Shown here: positions 24,083 to 36,200 of the stretch, one piece after another
Numbering within the stretch: the first letter of the stretch is position 1
How the letters are laid out: each line of letters opens with the position of its first letter
DNA from: Epiperipatus broadwayi
Lineage: Eukaryota; Animalia; Onychophora
Direction of reading: 5' to 3'
NCBI GenBank assembly: GCA_028023455.1
Contig: JAQFVV010000008.1
Coordinates: forward strand, 15,624,001 to 15,688,000
DNA: 64,000 nucleotides
The notes under the pieces: generated by a model
What the model was told of the DNA's origin: nothing
Seen by the model: only the letters and a program-made list of their open reading frames with translations
Databases searched by the model: none
Program-made: the position numbers and the translations under genes

Positions 24083-26567
24083 ATGAAGTGGTAGATTTTT
24101 ATATGGATGTACAAAAGGCTTTTGATCAGAGTAAACAACATTTTAAAATTGTTATGGGAGACTTTAATGCTAGAATTGGTAGACAAATGAAAGATGAAAT
24201 TGCTGTAGGTAATTTTGGTTATGGTAATAGAAATGAGAGAGGACATAGATTTGTGGAGTTTGCAGAAAAAGAAAAACTTTATATTATGAATTCATTTTTT
24301 GAGAAAAATGTTAAAAGGAAATGGACATGGAAGCATCCAAATGAAGGTACAGCAGAATTGGATTATATTTTGACTAACAGGAAATACATATTTCAAGATT
24401 GTAATGTTCTTAATAAATTTAACACAGGAAGTGATCATCGATTAGTAAGGTGTAAATTACATGTTAATGTAAAACTAGAGAGACAAAAATTATTAAGAAA
24501 AACAATATTTACAGTTGATATTCCTAATCTTCAGAAACATTCTAATGAATTTAAATTAGAACTTACAAATAGGTTTCAAGTGTTAGGAGATTTTGAACAT
24601 GATTCAGATTTGAATGAAATTAATATGAAAATAACTGATACACTTTTAAAAACTGCAACAAAGATAGCTGGTAGAAAAAAGCAGCAATTGACTAATAAAA
24701 TTTCTACTGAGACTAGAGAATTTATGAAGAAAAGAAGGAATATGAAGATATACAAAAATGATGTATTAAAAAGAATTGAATATCTCGAATTTTGTAAAAT
24801 GGTACGGAAAAGAGTTGAAAATGATATAAGAAAGTATAACTGTGAAATAGCAAGGAAAGCTGTAGAAGAAAATAAAAGTCTCAAGAATGTTAAACAACAT
24901 TTTGGTATTGGTAGGAAATTTATATCTGCAATAAGAAAAAAAGATGGAATTATTACTAAAAAGAGAGATGACATCATGAAGTTGGTAGAAGATTTTTATC
25001 AAGAATTATATAGTAATAAAGAACAAGTACCTCCTATATCTATTACATCTTCTGAATTGCCCAGAATTTTAAATGAAGAAGTGAGACATGCAATTAAATG
25101 TATGAAGAAAGGAAAGGCTCCAGGAAATGATGGAATTATAATTGATATATTAAAAGAAGTAGGTGAAGAAATAGAAACAATTTTAGCAAAGTTATATACC
25201 AAATGTCTAAATGATAATGATGTACCGGAAGATTGGAAGAATGCAGTAATAATATTAATATTTTAAAAAGGTAATAAAGAAGATATTAGAAATTACAGAC
25301 CTATCAGCCTTTTATCAGTTTTATATAAAATTTTTACCAAGATAATTACAACTCGTCTACAGAGAACTTTGGATTTCCACCAACCAAGAGAACAAGCTGG
25401 ATTTAAAAGTGGTTTTAGTACAATAGATCATATCCAGGTATTGAGAGAAGTCATAGAAAGGACAAATGAATATGAGTTGTCATTATGTTTTGGATTTGTA
25501 GATTATGAAAAGGCATTCGATTCTATACACATTTCTTCAGTGATTAAAGCATTGGATCATCAAGGTATAGATCCAGGATATTGTCATATTTTAAAGAATA
25601 TTTATAAAAATGCAATAGCAACAATTAGATTACATAATGATACTGGAAAAATCAACATTGAGAAAGGTGTAAGACAAGGTGACTCCATATCTCCAAAACT
25701 TTTTACAGCAGTGCTGCAAGAAGTATTTTGTGGATTAAAATGGGAAACTAAAGGAATGAAAGTAAATGGAGAGTATTTAAGTCATTTAGATTTTGCAGAT
25801 GATGTAGTTGTTTTTGCAAATAATGCTTCAGAGCTGCAGGAAATGTTGCAGGAGTTAGCAGATGAAAGTAGAAAAGTAGGACTAAAGATAAATGTTAAAA
25901 AGACTAAAGTAATGTTTAATCGATTTGCTCAAAATATGAAAATAAAGATTGATTATGAAGAATTAGAAAAAGTTAACAGTTACAAATACCTTGGTCAGAT
26001 TATTAATACAGATGGAAACATAATGGAGGAAATTAATCATAGAATTAAACTTGGTTGGAGTGCTTTTGGTAGAAATAACTTGATACTAAAAGGAAATATG
26101 CCTATGTGTTTGAAAAGAATGGTTTTTAACAAATGTGTTTTACCAGTTCTTACTTATGGATCTGAGACTTGGACACTTAATAGAAGAGCAATACAGAGAC
26201 TTCAGACCACTCAAAGGAGTATGGAGAGATGTATGTTGGGAGTAACAAGAAGAGATCGAAAACGCAATGTATGGGTAAGACAACAAACAGGTGTTACTGA
26301 CCTTATTGAAAAAATTAAAAGATTGAAATGGAGTTGGGCTGGACATATTGCTAGAAGAAATGATAATAGATGGACAATTGAAATTTTAAACTGGAGTCCA
26401 AGAGATTGTAAAAGACCCAGAAAGAGACCACATGTGAGATGGATGGATGAAATAAGAAAATGTGCAGGGGTGTTGTGGAAAAGAGAAGCTAAAGATCGGA
26501 GAAGATGGATTAAACTTGGAGAGACCTTCATCCTGCAGTGGAATGATAATGGTTGATGATGATGATG
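24083..26567 (+). mobile_element. Young 5'-truncated RTE-clade LINE with a 12-bp TSD
   Basis: TSD AACCAAAAAGTG at 24071-24082 and 26568-26579; (TGA)n tail at 26554-26567; very short 3' end as in RTEs. Confidence 0.95.
24088..26556 (+). pseudogene. RTE ORF (endonuclease + RT) broken by a single in-frame TAA at 25264-25266
   Basis: ORFs 24088-25266 and 25369-26556 share a frame; the read-through is [19 protein letters not shown] (expected IFKKG). Motifs GDFNA, LDYIL, GSDHR, KGVRQGDSISPKLF, FADD, LTYGSETW, WAGHIARR. Confidence 0.93.
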
Positions 26568-26889
26568 AACCAAAAAGTGTATTGTAGGACTAATAAAAAA
26601 AATTTGAATGGTTTATTATTTAACTTGACTGCAAGCTATGGACACTGAGATTCAGTCTGCCAATAAAAATGAATGAAATATGCCAATTAATTATATATTG
26701 TGATTTTCTAATTTTTAATCTAATGATTATAATGGAATTTATTATTTAAAAAAAGCAATAAAATATGACAAAGTAATAGGTGACTCCTCTATCTTATATT
26801 CTAATCATAAATAACATATTAAATATTTTATAAGACAAGGATTGTAGATGTTCCAATTTTAGAATTTTTATTATGCTAATATATTAAAG

Positions 26890-27400
26890 GTATAAGTTCA
26901 ATAATGGAACTAGTTTTACATTGGTCAGATTTGAGTTTATAAAAGGATATAGAAAATTTGCGTGACTCCTTACCATCCACAATTTAATGGATTCGGAAAG
27001 ATGATCCAATCATGAAAATTGGGAAATACTAGGGTATAAGGGGCAATATTTACCACTTATACTAACAGTAAAAAGCAAAAAACCATTAGTTGAGTTATAT
27101 TTAAGATAGAAATTATTTCATTTATACTATAGTGGTGATGATGGGGGAAAAGTAACAAATAAAACATTTAAATATTTCATTGGAGAAAAAGATTTGGATG
27201 AAAAACAACTTGAATAAAGGCTGGATCCAAATCAAAGAGAAACAAATCTTGTCTAGACAGATTCTGGTAGTCCTGAAAAAGACCACAAAAGAATAATGGA
27301 AGCAAAAGGACATTAATCATCTTGGAAAGAATGAAAACAGAGGTTTTATAGTTCCCAAAATTATTGAGAAGAAAAAATACTAAATCAAAAATTTCCTAGC
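26890..27400 (+). pseudogene. Isolated decayed Ty3/gypsy integrase-core fragment
   Basis: An NNGTSFT segment (~26898) resembles SDNGTQFT, and VTPYHPQFNG (~26962) resembles TPYHPQSNG. Confidence 0.55.
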
Positions 27401-30018
27401 TTAAAAAAAGGGGAACAAAAATAACAGTTTTTCAAAAAATAAATCAAAAGTCGGAAACAAATTAAAATATCTAAAGAAATGACCAAAGTTAAAAATTGCC
27501 ATTGAACTAAATACCAACTGCAATCAAAGAAGAATAAACAAATACTTATATTCAATATTTTATCCTTACTTCAGAGTCAATCTAAGTTTCTGAAGTGAAG
27601 AGTGTTATATATGTGCTAAAACTACATTTCAAAAAATTCATATATGAAATATAAGATTATTGAAATATGTAAATATAATAAAAAATAAATATGTTTATTA
27701 TAAAACTATTCATTAGTCAGAGGTTAAATAAAATAAAAAATTAATTAAAGTTTAATTTAAAAAATGAACATTAACTAGAAACAAAATAACTTGATCAGGA
27801 TATAGAGAATAATGAAGTTAAAATATATTTAGAAATATATGATCCAATAGTATAATTTGAAAATCAAATTATTAAATCACTATCCAATAAAATGCTAGAA
27901 ATTAAGACATGTAACATCTATTCTAGTGCAACATCTGGAAAAAAAAACTACTTAATTGTAAGGAAAAAGAAATCCTCAACAAAAATTAATTAAGTGCATG
28001 AAATCATCTCATGTTAAGAAACTATCAGACTAATTCCCAGGTAATCCATCTCTATAGGTCTCAAAGTAAATTTATTGATTTCATTATAATTTTTGTAAGT
28101 TTTAGGGCAATTTCTGTAAATATATTTGTGTATGTTCTAATTACTGAATTATTTTGAATTGCTTTCAATCATGTTATATGTATGACTGCAATATTCTCAC
28201 AGAAGAAAATGGTAATATTGGTCTTATTTTATTATTGCCATCTTTATTTAAAGTTTATGAACTTCAAATCAAATACACCAAAAAACAATATTCATTGTTT
28301 ATCTAATAATAACCATTATTTCACTTGAAATGGTGACATATTTTCTTAATAATTAGATCAATCTATTTTGGAAAGCATTTTATATACACGTTGAAAAGAT
28401 TATCAGAATGTTACTATTTTGATTCAAATGTTACATCTATGATAGCTATTATAAGAAATGTCTACTCTGTACCAATGTGATATATTTTGAAGAGTACTAG
28501 TATTTTGAATTAAGATTCACCCCAAGAAACCATGCAGAATGTAATCAAATAGCCTTATGGTTAAACATACTGGAAACTAAATGCAAATTTTATGTGACAT
28601 TATTAATATTGAATGATATGGATTGACAATAAATTTAATATATGTAATTAAGTTCTTAAAATTTATATGTGTACCTACTGAATATTTAACTTTTGAAATA
28701 ATAAATAATTACTGGTTTATCAGCTGGATAGTGATATGGACTTTATATGTCAAATAATAAATAACAAAAAAAATCTCAAAATAAATGAAAAATTTATTTT
28801 AAAGAATTACAAATTTATACAAATCAAATTATTGTAGAATATATATAAAAAAAGATTCACAAATACCAAGGAAAATAATTTACAATTTACAGTATTTTAT
28901 TTAATCAGCCATATTTGAAAACATAAATTTTCATTAATTTAATACATATAATCAAAAATTGTATTATTAACAGCAAATAATAATTATTTAAAGTTTGCAA
29001 ACTGTAACATTATTATGTTATACTTGTTGTTTTCTTTAGAAAATATTGAAACCCTTTTATATTAAGATATGATTGTGAATATGACAAAAAAAAAAGTATT
29101 GATTTTGATCAGTGAAAGTTACAATAATCTTGAATCTATTTATAACAGCCATTTTGAATTTGTGACATACTTTTTAACTCTTCATATTTTGTTAGCATAA
29201 CAATAAATTCAGCAGTTTATATTTAATTATAACAAAAGTTTAATTTCATTTCGAAGAACCTCCACGAACATATTTCATTATTCACCATTTTATGTCTTAA
29301 TCTTACGTAATTAAAATTGCTTATTTAAAGAAAAACTACAAAATCATTTTTTTCATAATGTAAATGAGCCAAAAATTACAGAAAAAATAGACTCTTCCAA
29401 AATAAAAAACAATCAAATAAAATTGTTTTGTAGACCTCATTAAAAGTAAATTATATTAGCAGAAAATCCTGAATTACATATAAATGTACATTTAATTGAT
29501 CAATACTGTTAAATATCATTAATGTAATTGTTATTTTTTTTTTTAATTCCATTTTTTTATGTTTGTTTGATTTCTTTATTGAAAATAATTCAGTAAAAAC
29601 AAAACTACTTTTAGTATATACAAATATATATATACTATATAGGCATTCATCAAGATTTCATTCTCTATGTGGGAATAACTCCTAAATTTGTCTACAAATA
29701 CTTGATATCAGTTTTATGATTTATAATTATTCATACTGATTATGAATGATTTCTTCAGTTTATTTCTTTTTTAACATTCTAAGTTTATGAGCATAAAGTG
29801 ATAGAAAAGATACAAAGTAAATTTTGTAAATAAATTGCATTTAATAAACCATTCGTAACCAGTGCAGATAAACATAATATATAAGATTATCATGTATTTG
29901 AGACAAATTTGTGTTTACACCCACATATATCGAGTCATAATTGTTTTTCTGAAAAAAAAAAATACAATTTTTTGGAATACTCCAAATTTTAATAAACATT
30001 AATTAATATATAACACAT

Positions 30019-30251
30019 TTTTATTTGATGAGTAATGCACTAAAAAACAAAAAAATAATTGGACTACAATTTTGTTATATGTAATTTGAAATAAAAGTGT
30101 GGGGCTTCAATAAATTAATTAATTCAATCACTGAATTAATTAATTTATGGTTGCCCCGTATTTTTATTTCAATTTAAATGTAACCAAAATCATGGCTGAA
30201 GAAAAAGTAATCTTTTGATTGTTAGTGCATTACTCATCACATTAAATAAAA
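30019..30251. repeat. Fold-back inverted repeat, ~105-bp arms, 5-nt loop
   Basis: GATGAGTAATGCACTAA / TTAGTGCATTACTCATC and AATAAATTAATTAATTCA-ATCAC-TGAATTAATTAATTTAT. Confidence 0.85.
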
Positions 30252-31699
30252 GCATTTTTTATAAATATTTATATATTTTAGTATTTGAATATTTTGCAAC
30301 TTTTTGTATTCAAATTTTAAAACTGACAATAAAAACAATACTGTCATATTTCCAATATTTGAAATGAAATTTGTAAGCATTAAATATTATTTAAGATTTT
30401 TGTATTTCTGAAGGCATCATTAAAAAAAAACAAGTTTTAATTAAATAACCAAGAGAAATTAAGATTTCATCCTTCATTTCTTTTTTTTTCTATTACAATT
30501 AACTATGGACATTTTTTAGTGAATTCATCATAAAATTCAATAAAAAGCATATTTTTTAAAAATATACTATCATATGACTGAAAACTTATTGAATCAATTT
30601 CAGTACAATTTGAAACGCAGTTCACCAACATAATTAAGTTGAACAACACCAAAATATTGCACTATCATAATCAATATTTATCATATGTACAAAATTTGAA
30701 GAAAATCAATTTAATAGAAGTGTATTGAAAATCAGTTCCATGATTAGACCCAAATAAAGAAACAACAAACAGAATTTCTAAGTTAAATAAAAACCATGTA
30801 AAAATAAGTAAGTAAAATGTTTTTCAACAAATATACTCATGCAAAGCCAAATTTTCAATGAATATAATTTTTATTTAATGAAAATTCATGAATATTAATG
30901 AAACTGAAAATATTTAAATTATAGTGCTTTTTATCTTTTACTTCCTTTTCTTTTTTTATTGATATATACATATGTGCATACAAATTCATATTTAATTAAA
31001 GTATTTCCTATTGTCTATTTTTTTAAGATGTTTCAAAAATTAGCATTACCATTTATAATAGTATATAATTTATCCAAATAATTTTATCAAAAAAAATTTC
31101 ATTTTTAATATTCAGTAATAAATATTGATGTATTTATTTTCATTTTCAATATATATGTTTTTGTATATTTAAATCTATCTATTCTTAAATGATTGCAATG
31201 TTTTTGAACATATTCAAAATCAAATGCTATATTATTGTATTATTATTATTATTTATTATACATCGTATATAATGATTTTATCTTCTCTAATATTCAATAC
31301 TTCTCTTTATCTGGATGTATAATATGTGATTATGATAGCTTTAATTTTTATACAGAAAAAAATTTTCTGTTGCAAACTTAACTATTTCTAATTTTATTGT
31401 ATATATATATGGAAATTCACACACACATACATCTGTATAAAAAAATTATAACTCTACAATGAATTTGAAATTCATTGCCAACTTCAAAAATATGTCAATA
31501 TTTAAATAAAGCAATATTAGGAGATAATAAGAGACAATATAATCTTGAATTTTACTATATGTTACAAGCAACAATATAATGAAAAGAAAAAATGTTATTA
31601 TATTTTTGAGTCAGGTTTCAAAAATTACCTTCTTACAAGTATGTATTATAATTTTTCTTCATTTCTTTATCCTTTATGTATTGACTGTATATATTCATA

Positions 31700-32010
31700 T
31701 AATAGCATTTAATACACTTCTTTATTCAGTTCTTACAATGCATTAAATTTTATTTATTCCTTGATATTTCCTTACAGTTTCAACTGATCAGCAGTCTTCA
31801 TCAGAACTATAATATTCAAACATATATGATCATATAATTAATACTTTTTAATTATATATATTAAAAATGTATTAATTATGTAATCATATATGTTTGAATA
31901 TTATAGTTCTGATTAAGACTGTTGGTCAATGGAAAGTGAGGAAATATCAAGAAAGAAATAAAAATTAACACATTATAAAAATTGGATAAAGAATAAATGA
32001 TATAAATATA
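31700..32010. repeat. Fold-back inverted repeat (~150-bp arms) carrying a hammerhead-like motif in each arm (Penelope-like remnant)
   Basis: CAGAACTATAATATTCAAACATATATGAT / ATCATATATGTTTGAATATTATAGTTCTG; minus strand 31773-31804 reads CTGATGA-A-GACTG-CTGAT-CAGTT-GAAAC-T-GTA. Confidence 0.8.
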
Positions 32011-32689
32011 TTTGAAATGCCCCATGGCTATATTATTCCAACCATGTTCCCCCTTTAAATAAAAGAAAGCTCAAATTTTAGCACTACACTAAAATAATTT
32101 TCTTTTCAATGTGTAGTGCTAAACTTCAAGCTTTGTTCAATTACAATATATTTTTTAGATTTGATCTTTAAAATGCCAAAGCTTAGATAGAAAATGAAGC
32201 GATAAAATTAAATTTCAAAAAAATGTTATCTAAAGACCATAACCTAATTTTTATGTGAAGATACTCTAAGAGCATTCACCTAATTTTAGAAAATTAGTTT
32301 AAAAGAATCAATTAAACATTGTTAATATAGTATAGACTAATTTTAAATTTTCCAACAACATTTAATTAAAAACAAAATTGTTGGTTTCTATTACAAATCT
32401 ATTTTAAAACCAAGTAAAGACAAACATGGTGTTTTACAAATTTCCAATGTTATGAATATGGTTTTGCTAATATAAATTTATTTTTAGACATGTTCACACA
32501 TCATTAGAACAATGTCCAAAAAAGTTGTGATCACACATTGTGTACCCATATCCTTTCAAGCCAAATAAATAAAAAATGTAATACTAGTAAAAACTTTCAT
32601 AACATAATCATAAAATTATAGGCATTTGTGACTAAACTAATCAACCATAAATATTGAAGGTGCTAAATGTAATAAACGCATGAACACAA

Positions 32690-33520
32690 TTCATGTTTAT
32701 ATGTTGAAATACATATACATATAAAGCTAGAAAAGAGTTATAAACATTTGAGTGTTATATATATGTCTATGTTAAAATACGTACACATTTGAAGTTGGAA
32801 AAAATAAGTATAATAAATTAAGTATAAAATAATTAAAAACAAAACATATCAAAATCAATAGAAAATCACCCGCAGGATTATATTTAGGACACAAACTGCA
32901 TACCAAGTTATCAAATGTAATACCCAATGAGGGTTACAGAAAACAAAAAAACTACTATGTATATGTTTACTCCAGATGAATGGGTATGAGCCAAAAAATA
33001 GCTTAAACAAATTTTGGATGAAAGTAATAGTAAAACGACATCTGTTGAAGCAGGTTGTGATTGTACAAAAAGAAACTATTACATAGCATATAAATCAATT
33101 GTGAAAAGACAAGAATGTAGATTTAATACCAGTAATATTTAAAGAAACTGACACTGATCTAAAAGGTCAAACTGAGAAACCTAAACAAGAACTTGAGATG
33201 ACCCAGATCAATGAGGAAAAGATACTACCACAAAAAAAGCTAATATAGATATTAATTCACCTGATCAAGTTAAAAAAAAACAACTGAGTTACCTTCATGA
33301 ATTTATTCTGACTTCAGAGAAAATCTAAATCTCTGAAGTTAGGAAAAGTGTGTTATGTTTGTACGTGTATGTTAAAATTCATACACCTATAAAGCTAGAA
33401 AAATAGTTATAAACATTTGAGTGCTATATATGTTCATTTATGTTCAAATACATGTACATTTAAAGTTAGAAAAAATAAATATAAATTTAATATAAAATAA
33501 AATTAAAACGTATCAAATCA
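32690..33520 (+). repeat. Pair of ~170-bp direct repeats (about 32690-32860 and 33360-33520) around a ~500-bp spacer
   Basis: TATAAAGCTAGAAAA(GA/ATA)GTTATAAACATTTGAGTG(T/C)TATATAT present in both copies. Confidence 0.7.
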
Positions 33521-36158
33521 GTATATAAAAAAAATAAGTTTTAAAAGAGATTAATTATAACCAGAGGAAATAACTTTAATTAAATTCTTTAAAATCTTAA
33601 AAGAGATGTTAATGAAATTCCATCAAAACCAACCTAAAACTGATTAATTAATAACAATTAAAATGTAGATTTTACTTATGCCAAATGCATCTACAGATAA
33701 AAAAATATATTAAACTATGTCAGAAAATCTGAATAGATTAATTGATTCGAGAAGAAATTCTAAAAATTAATTAAAAGTGAGCATGTAGTCCAGAGAAGAA
33801 AACAAGAAATGCTTGTAGAAGCTACATGTGCACACATGGATTTGTAACACCACAGTGATGGATGTCATATGTAGCCTTAGGTAGCTTCTAACATGGAGAT
33901 ATTTGCCTCCAGATATAACAAAACTAGTCTAGGTATTTCATCGGGTCATATCAACCTTCATTATGATTTTTGTAGGTTTTTAGGTTAGTATGTAGCAAAG
34001 TTGTATATAATCTGATATGATTTTGTAATATTAATATTTTTATAATTGTTTGTATTATCTATACATTAAATCATAATTCAGTTATACCAGGTAAAAATTT
34101 ATATAAGCATATGTCTGTTCAGAAGGGGGCTCCGTGACAGAGCACAATTATTATCAATGAATGCATTATCTCAAATATACCTTAAGAGAACTATTTTTCT
34201 GAATACCCTCAATGCAAAAATATTAATTTTATAAAAAAAGTTCCTCAAAGTAAAATTTTCCAACATTTCATGATTCTTTCTCATAATAAAGCTCAATTTA
34301 AAAACTTTTAGATTTTATCAAGGCTCTTAAACTTAATATCATTTGAAAGTGCTAAATTAAAATATCCATTATCTGTGAAAACTATTGTACAAGCATTATA
34401 ATTTTCTCAACAGCTTACTCTCTAATTGTAATAGTTATTAAAATGTACTTACAATGAATCATTTATAAACAGAGATTTTAAACATTTCTACTACAATTAT
34501 CCACTGACTTTGGATATTTTTAATCAAAAACAACTCATTCCATTTTTGCATCTATTCTTCATGCAACAATTTTTACAACCATTTTAATGTTAGTTAAATT
34601 TACAACATTAAAGTGATATCTGCACAGTTTGAATATTACTTTCAACATAATTTTTTCAAATCAATATCATGTTTTATTATATCCCAGAACTTCCAAACAA
34701 TCTCCTAAACTTTCTTATCTCTATTAAGAGTAATTTTCAGGTATTAGTATACAAATACTTTTTTTTTCAATCACAAAACAATCATGTTGACAAGTACTTG
34801 AAATTAAAAAAAAAAAAAAAGCCAAACATATTAATCTTATCAAAATCAAATTTCAACTGATTTTGTAGCAGTAAGAGAAATAATTTTCTTTTTGTTAACT
34901 TAATCACAACCTAAGCACTTGACCAGAAATAACTCTTATTAAAAAATCTAGAGAATACAAAATATATACACGTTAAATTCATAAAACATATTTCCTACTT
35001 TGCCAATTCAAAAATTCTTTGATAAATTATCTTTTAAATATTTACTTTCAAACATCTCAAATATAAAAAGACAATATGGTCATTAAGAAATAAATTATTC
35101 TATTGTTACTAGTTTTTTAAATAAAGTCCTCAAATATTGAATTTTTTCTACTTCTTCAAATATACAGCAAAATTGTATTTAAAGCACTGTCAGAAAATTT
35201 AAACTCTGACTAAAGGTACTTTGCTGTACCATAATAAAATTAATACTATTTTTAAAAACTTTGACTATTAAATAATAAAGTTTTGCTTTTCTTTTTAATA
35301 TAATAATTATAACCATTGTCTAAAAAAATGATCAGAAAAAAACTGATAAAGAATATCTATTAATTCACTCTCACTTGATATATTATCTCCTAAACTTTTT
35401 ACTCTCTTATATTAACTCAATTGTTAAAGTTTAATCAATAGTAAGTTTGACATTGCAGTGTAAATCAATTTTTCTTTATTATTGCAACTCTCGATAAACA
35501 TTTTAAAAGGAAAAAACCTTTGATAACAAAAAAAAATATGAGTAATTATAATAATAAATTCTTCCTTACCTATCTAAAGAAATGCTTCTAATATCTTATA
35601 TTAAAACTTGGACAAATCTAAAGCTGTTATGTCTTTCATTTTGCATTATTCATTACCAAAACAAATAATGAGAAGAATGAATGCAAGTCAATAATGCTAT
35701 AAAAAAAATAGCTAATACAAGAAAATAATTAGCAAATGGGCAGAACAACAATGTGCATCAATCTAATGTTTAATTAAAATATTTTAGGCCTGCATCACAT
35801 TATTTATAACATCACTGGAAGTAGCTGACTTGAAAAAATTCTGAAATGGATTTTTCACAAAAAAAAACCCTTATACAATATCTAGAAGTCGTGCAAAAAT
35901 CAATTCTTTAAATTTTTGAGCAAAGCATCATGCCTTTTTCTGCATATTTTCAATATCTGCAGTGGAAACAGAATGAAAGCCAATGGCCCAACACCAGTTT
36001 GGAATTTATTTTTAGACAATAATTATTCATACTTCAGTTTTCTAGTATCATTTTCATAATAGTAGCAAAGTTTTCCTCCATACAGTTGTGTCTTAGTAAT
36101 CAATAGATGCAAGAAGGTTTGTGCATAAAAATTCCATCTAGTTTCTACTCATCCAATA

Positions 36159-36200
36159 TCCCCAGACTAGTTTCTAGCTTGTGGCTTTCATCAGTGAGGA
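36159..36200 (-). ncRNA. Minimal type-I hammerhead ribozyme motif (family A) within a ~140-bp Penelope-like fragment (36065-36205)
   Basis: UCCUCA-CUGAUGA-A-AGC-CACAA-GCU-A-GAAA-C-UA-G-UC/UGGGGA: 6-bp stem I, both core boxes, palindromic stem III ACUAGU, GUC cleavage triplet. Confidence 0.75.

Noticed and set aside
24576-26573. Minus-strand ORFs over the RTE, including MVHHHHQP at 26211-26573
   Set aside because: Antisense shadows; the His run is the reverse complement of the (TGA)n tail.
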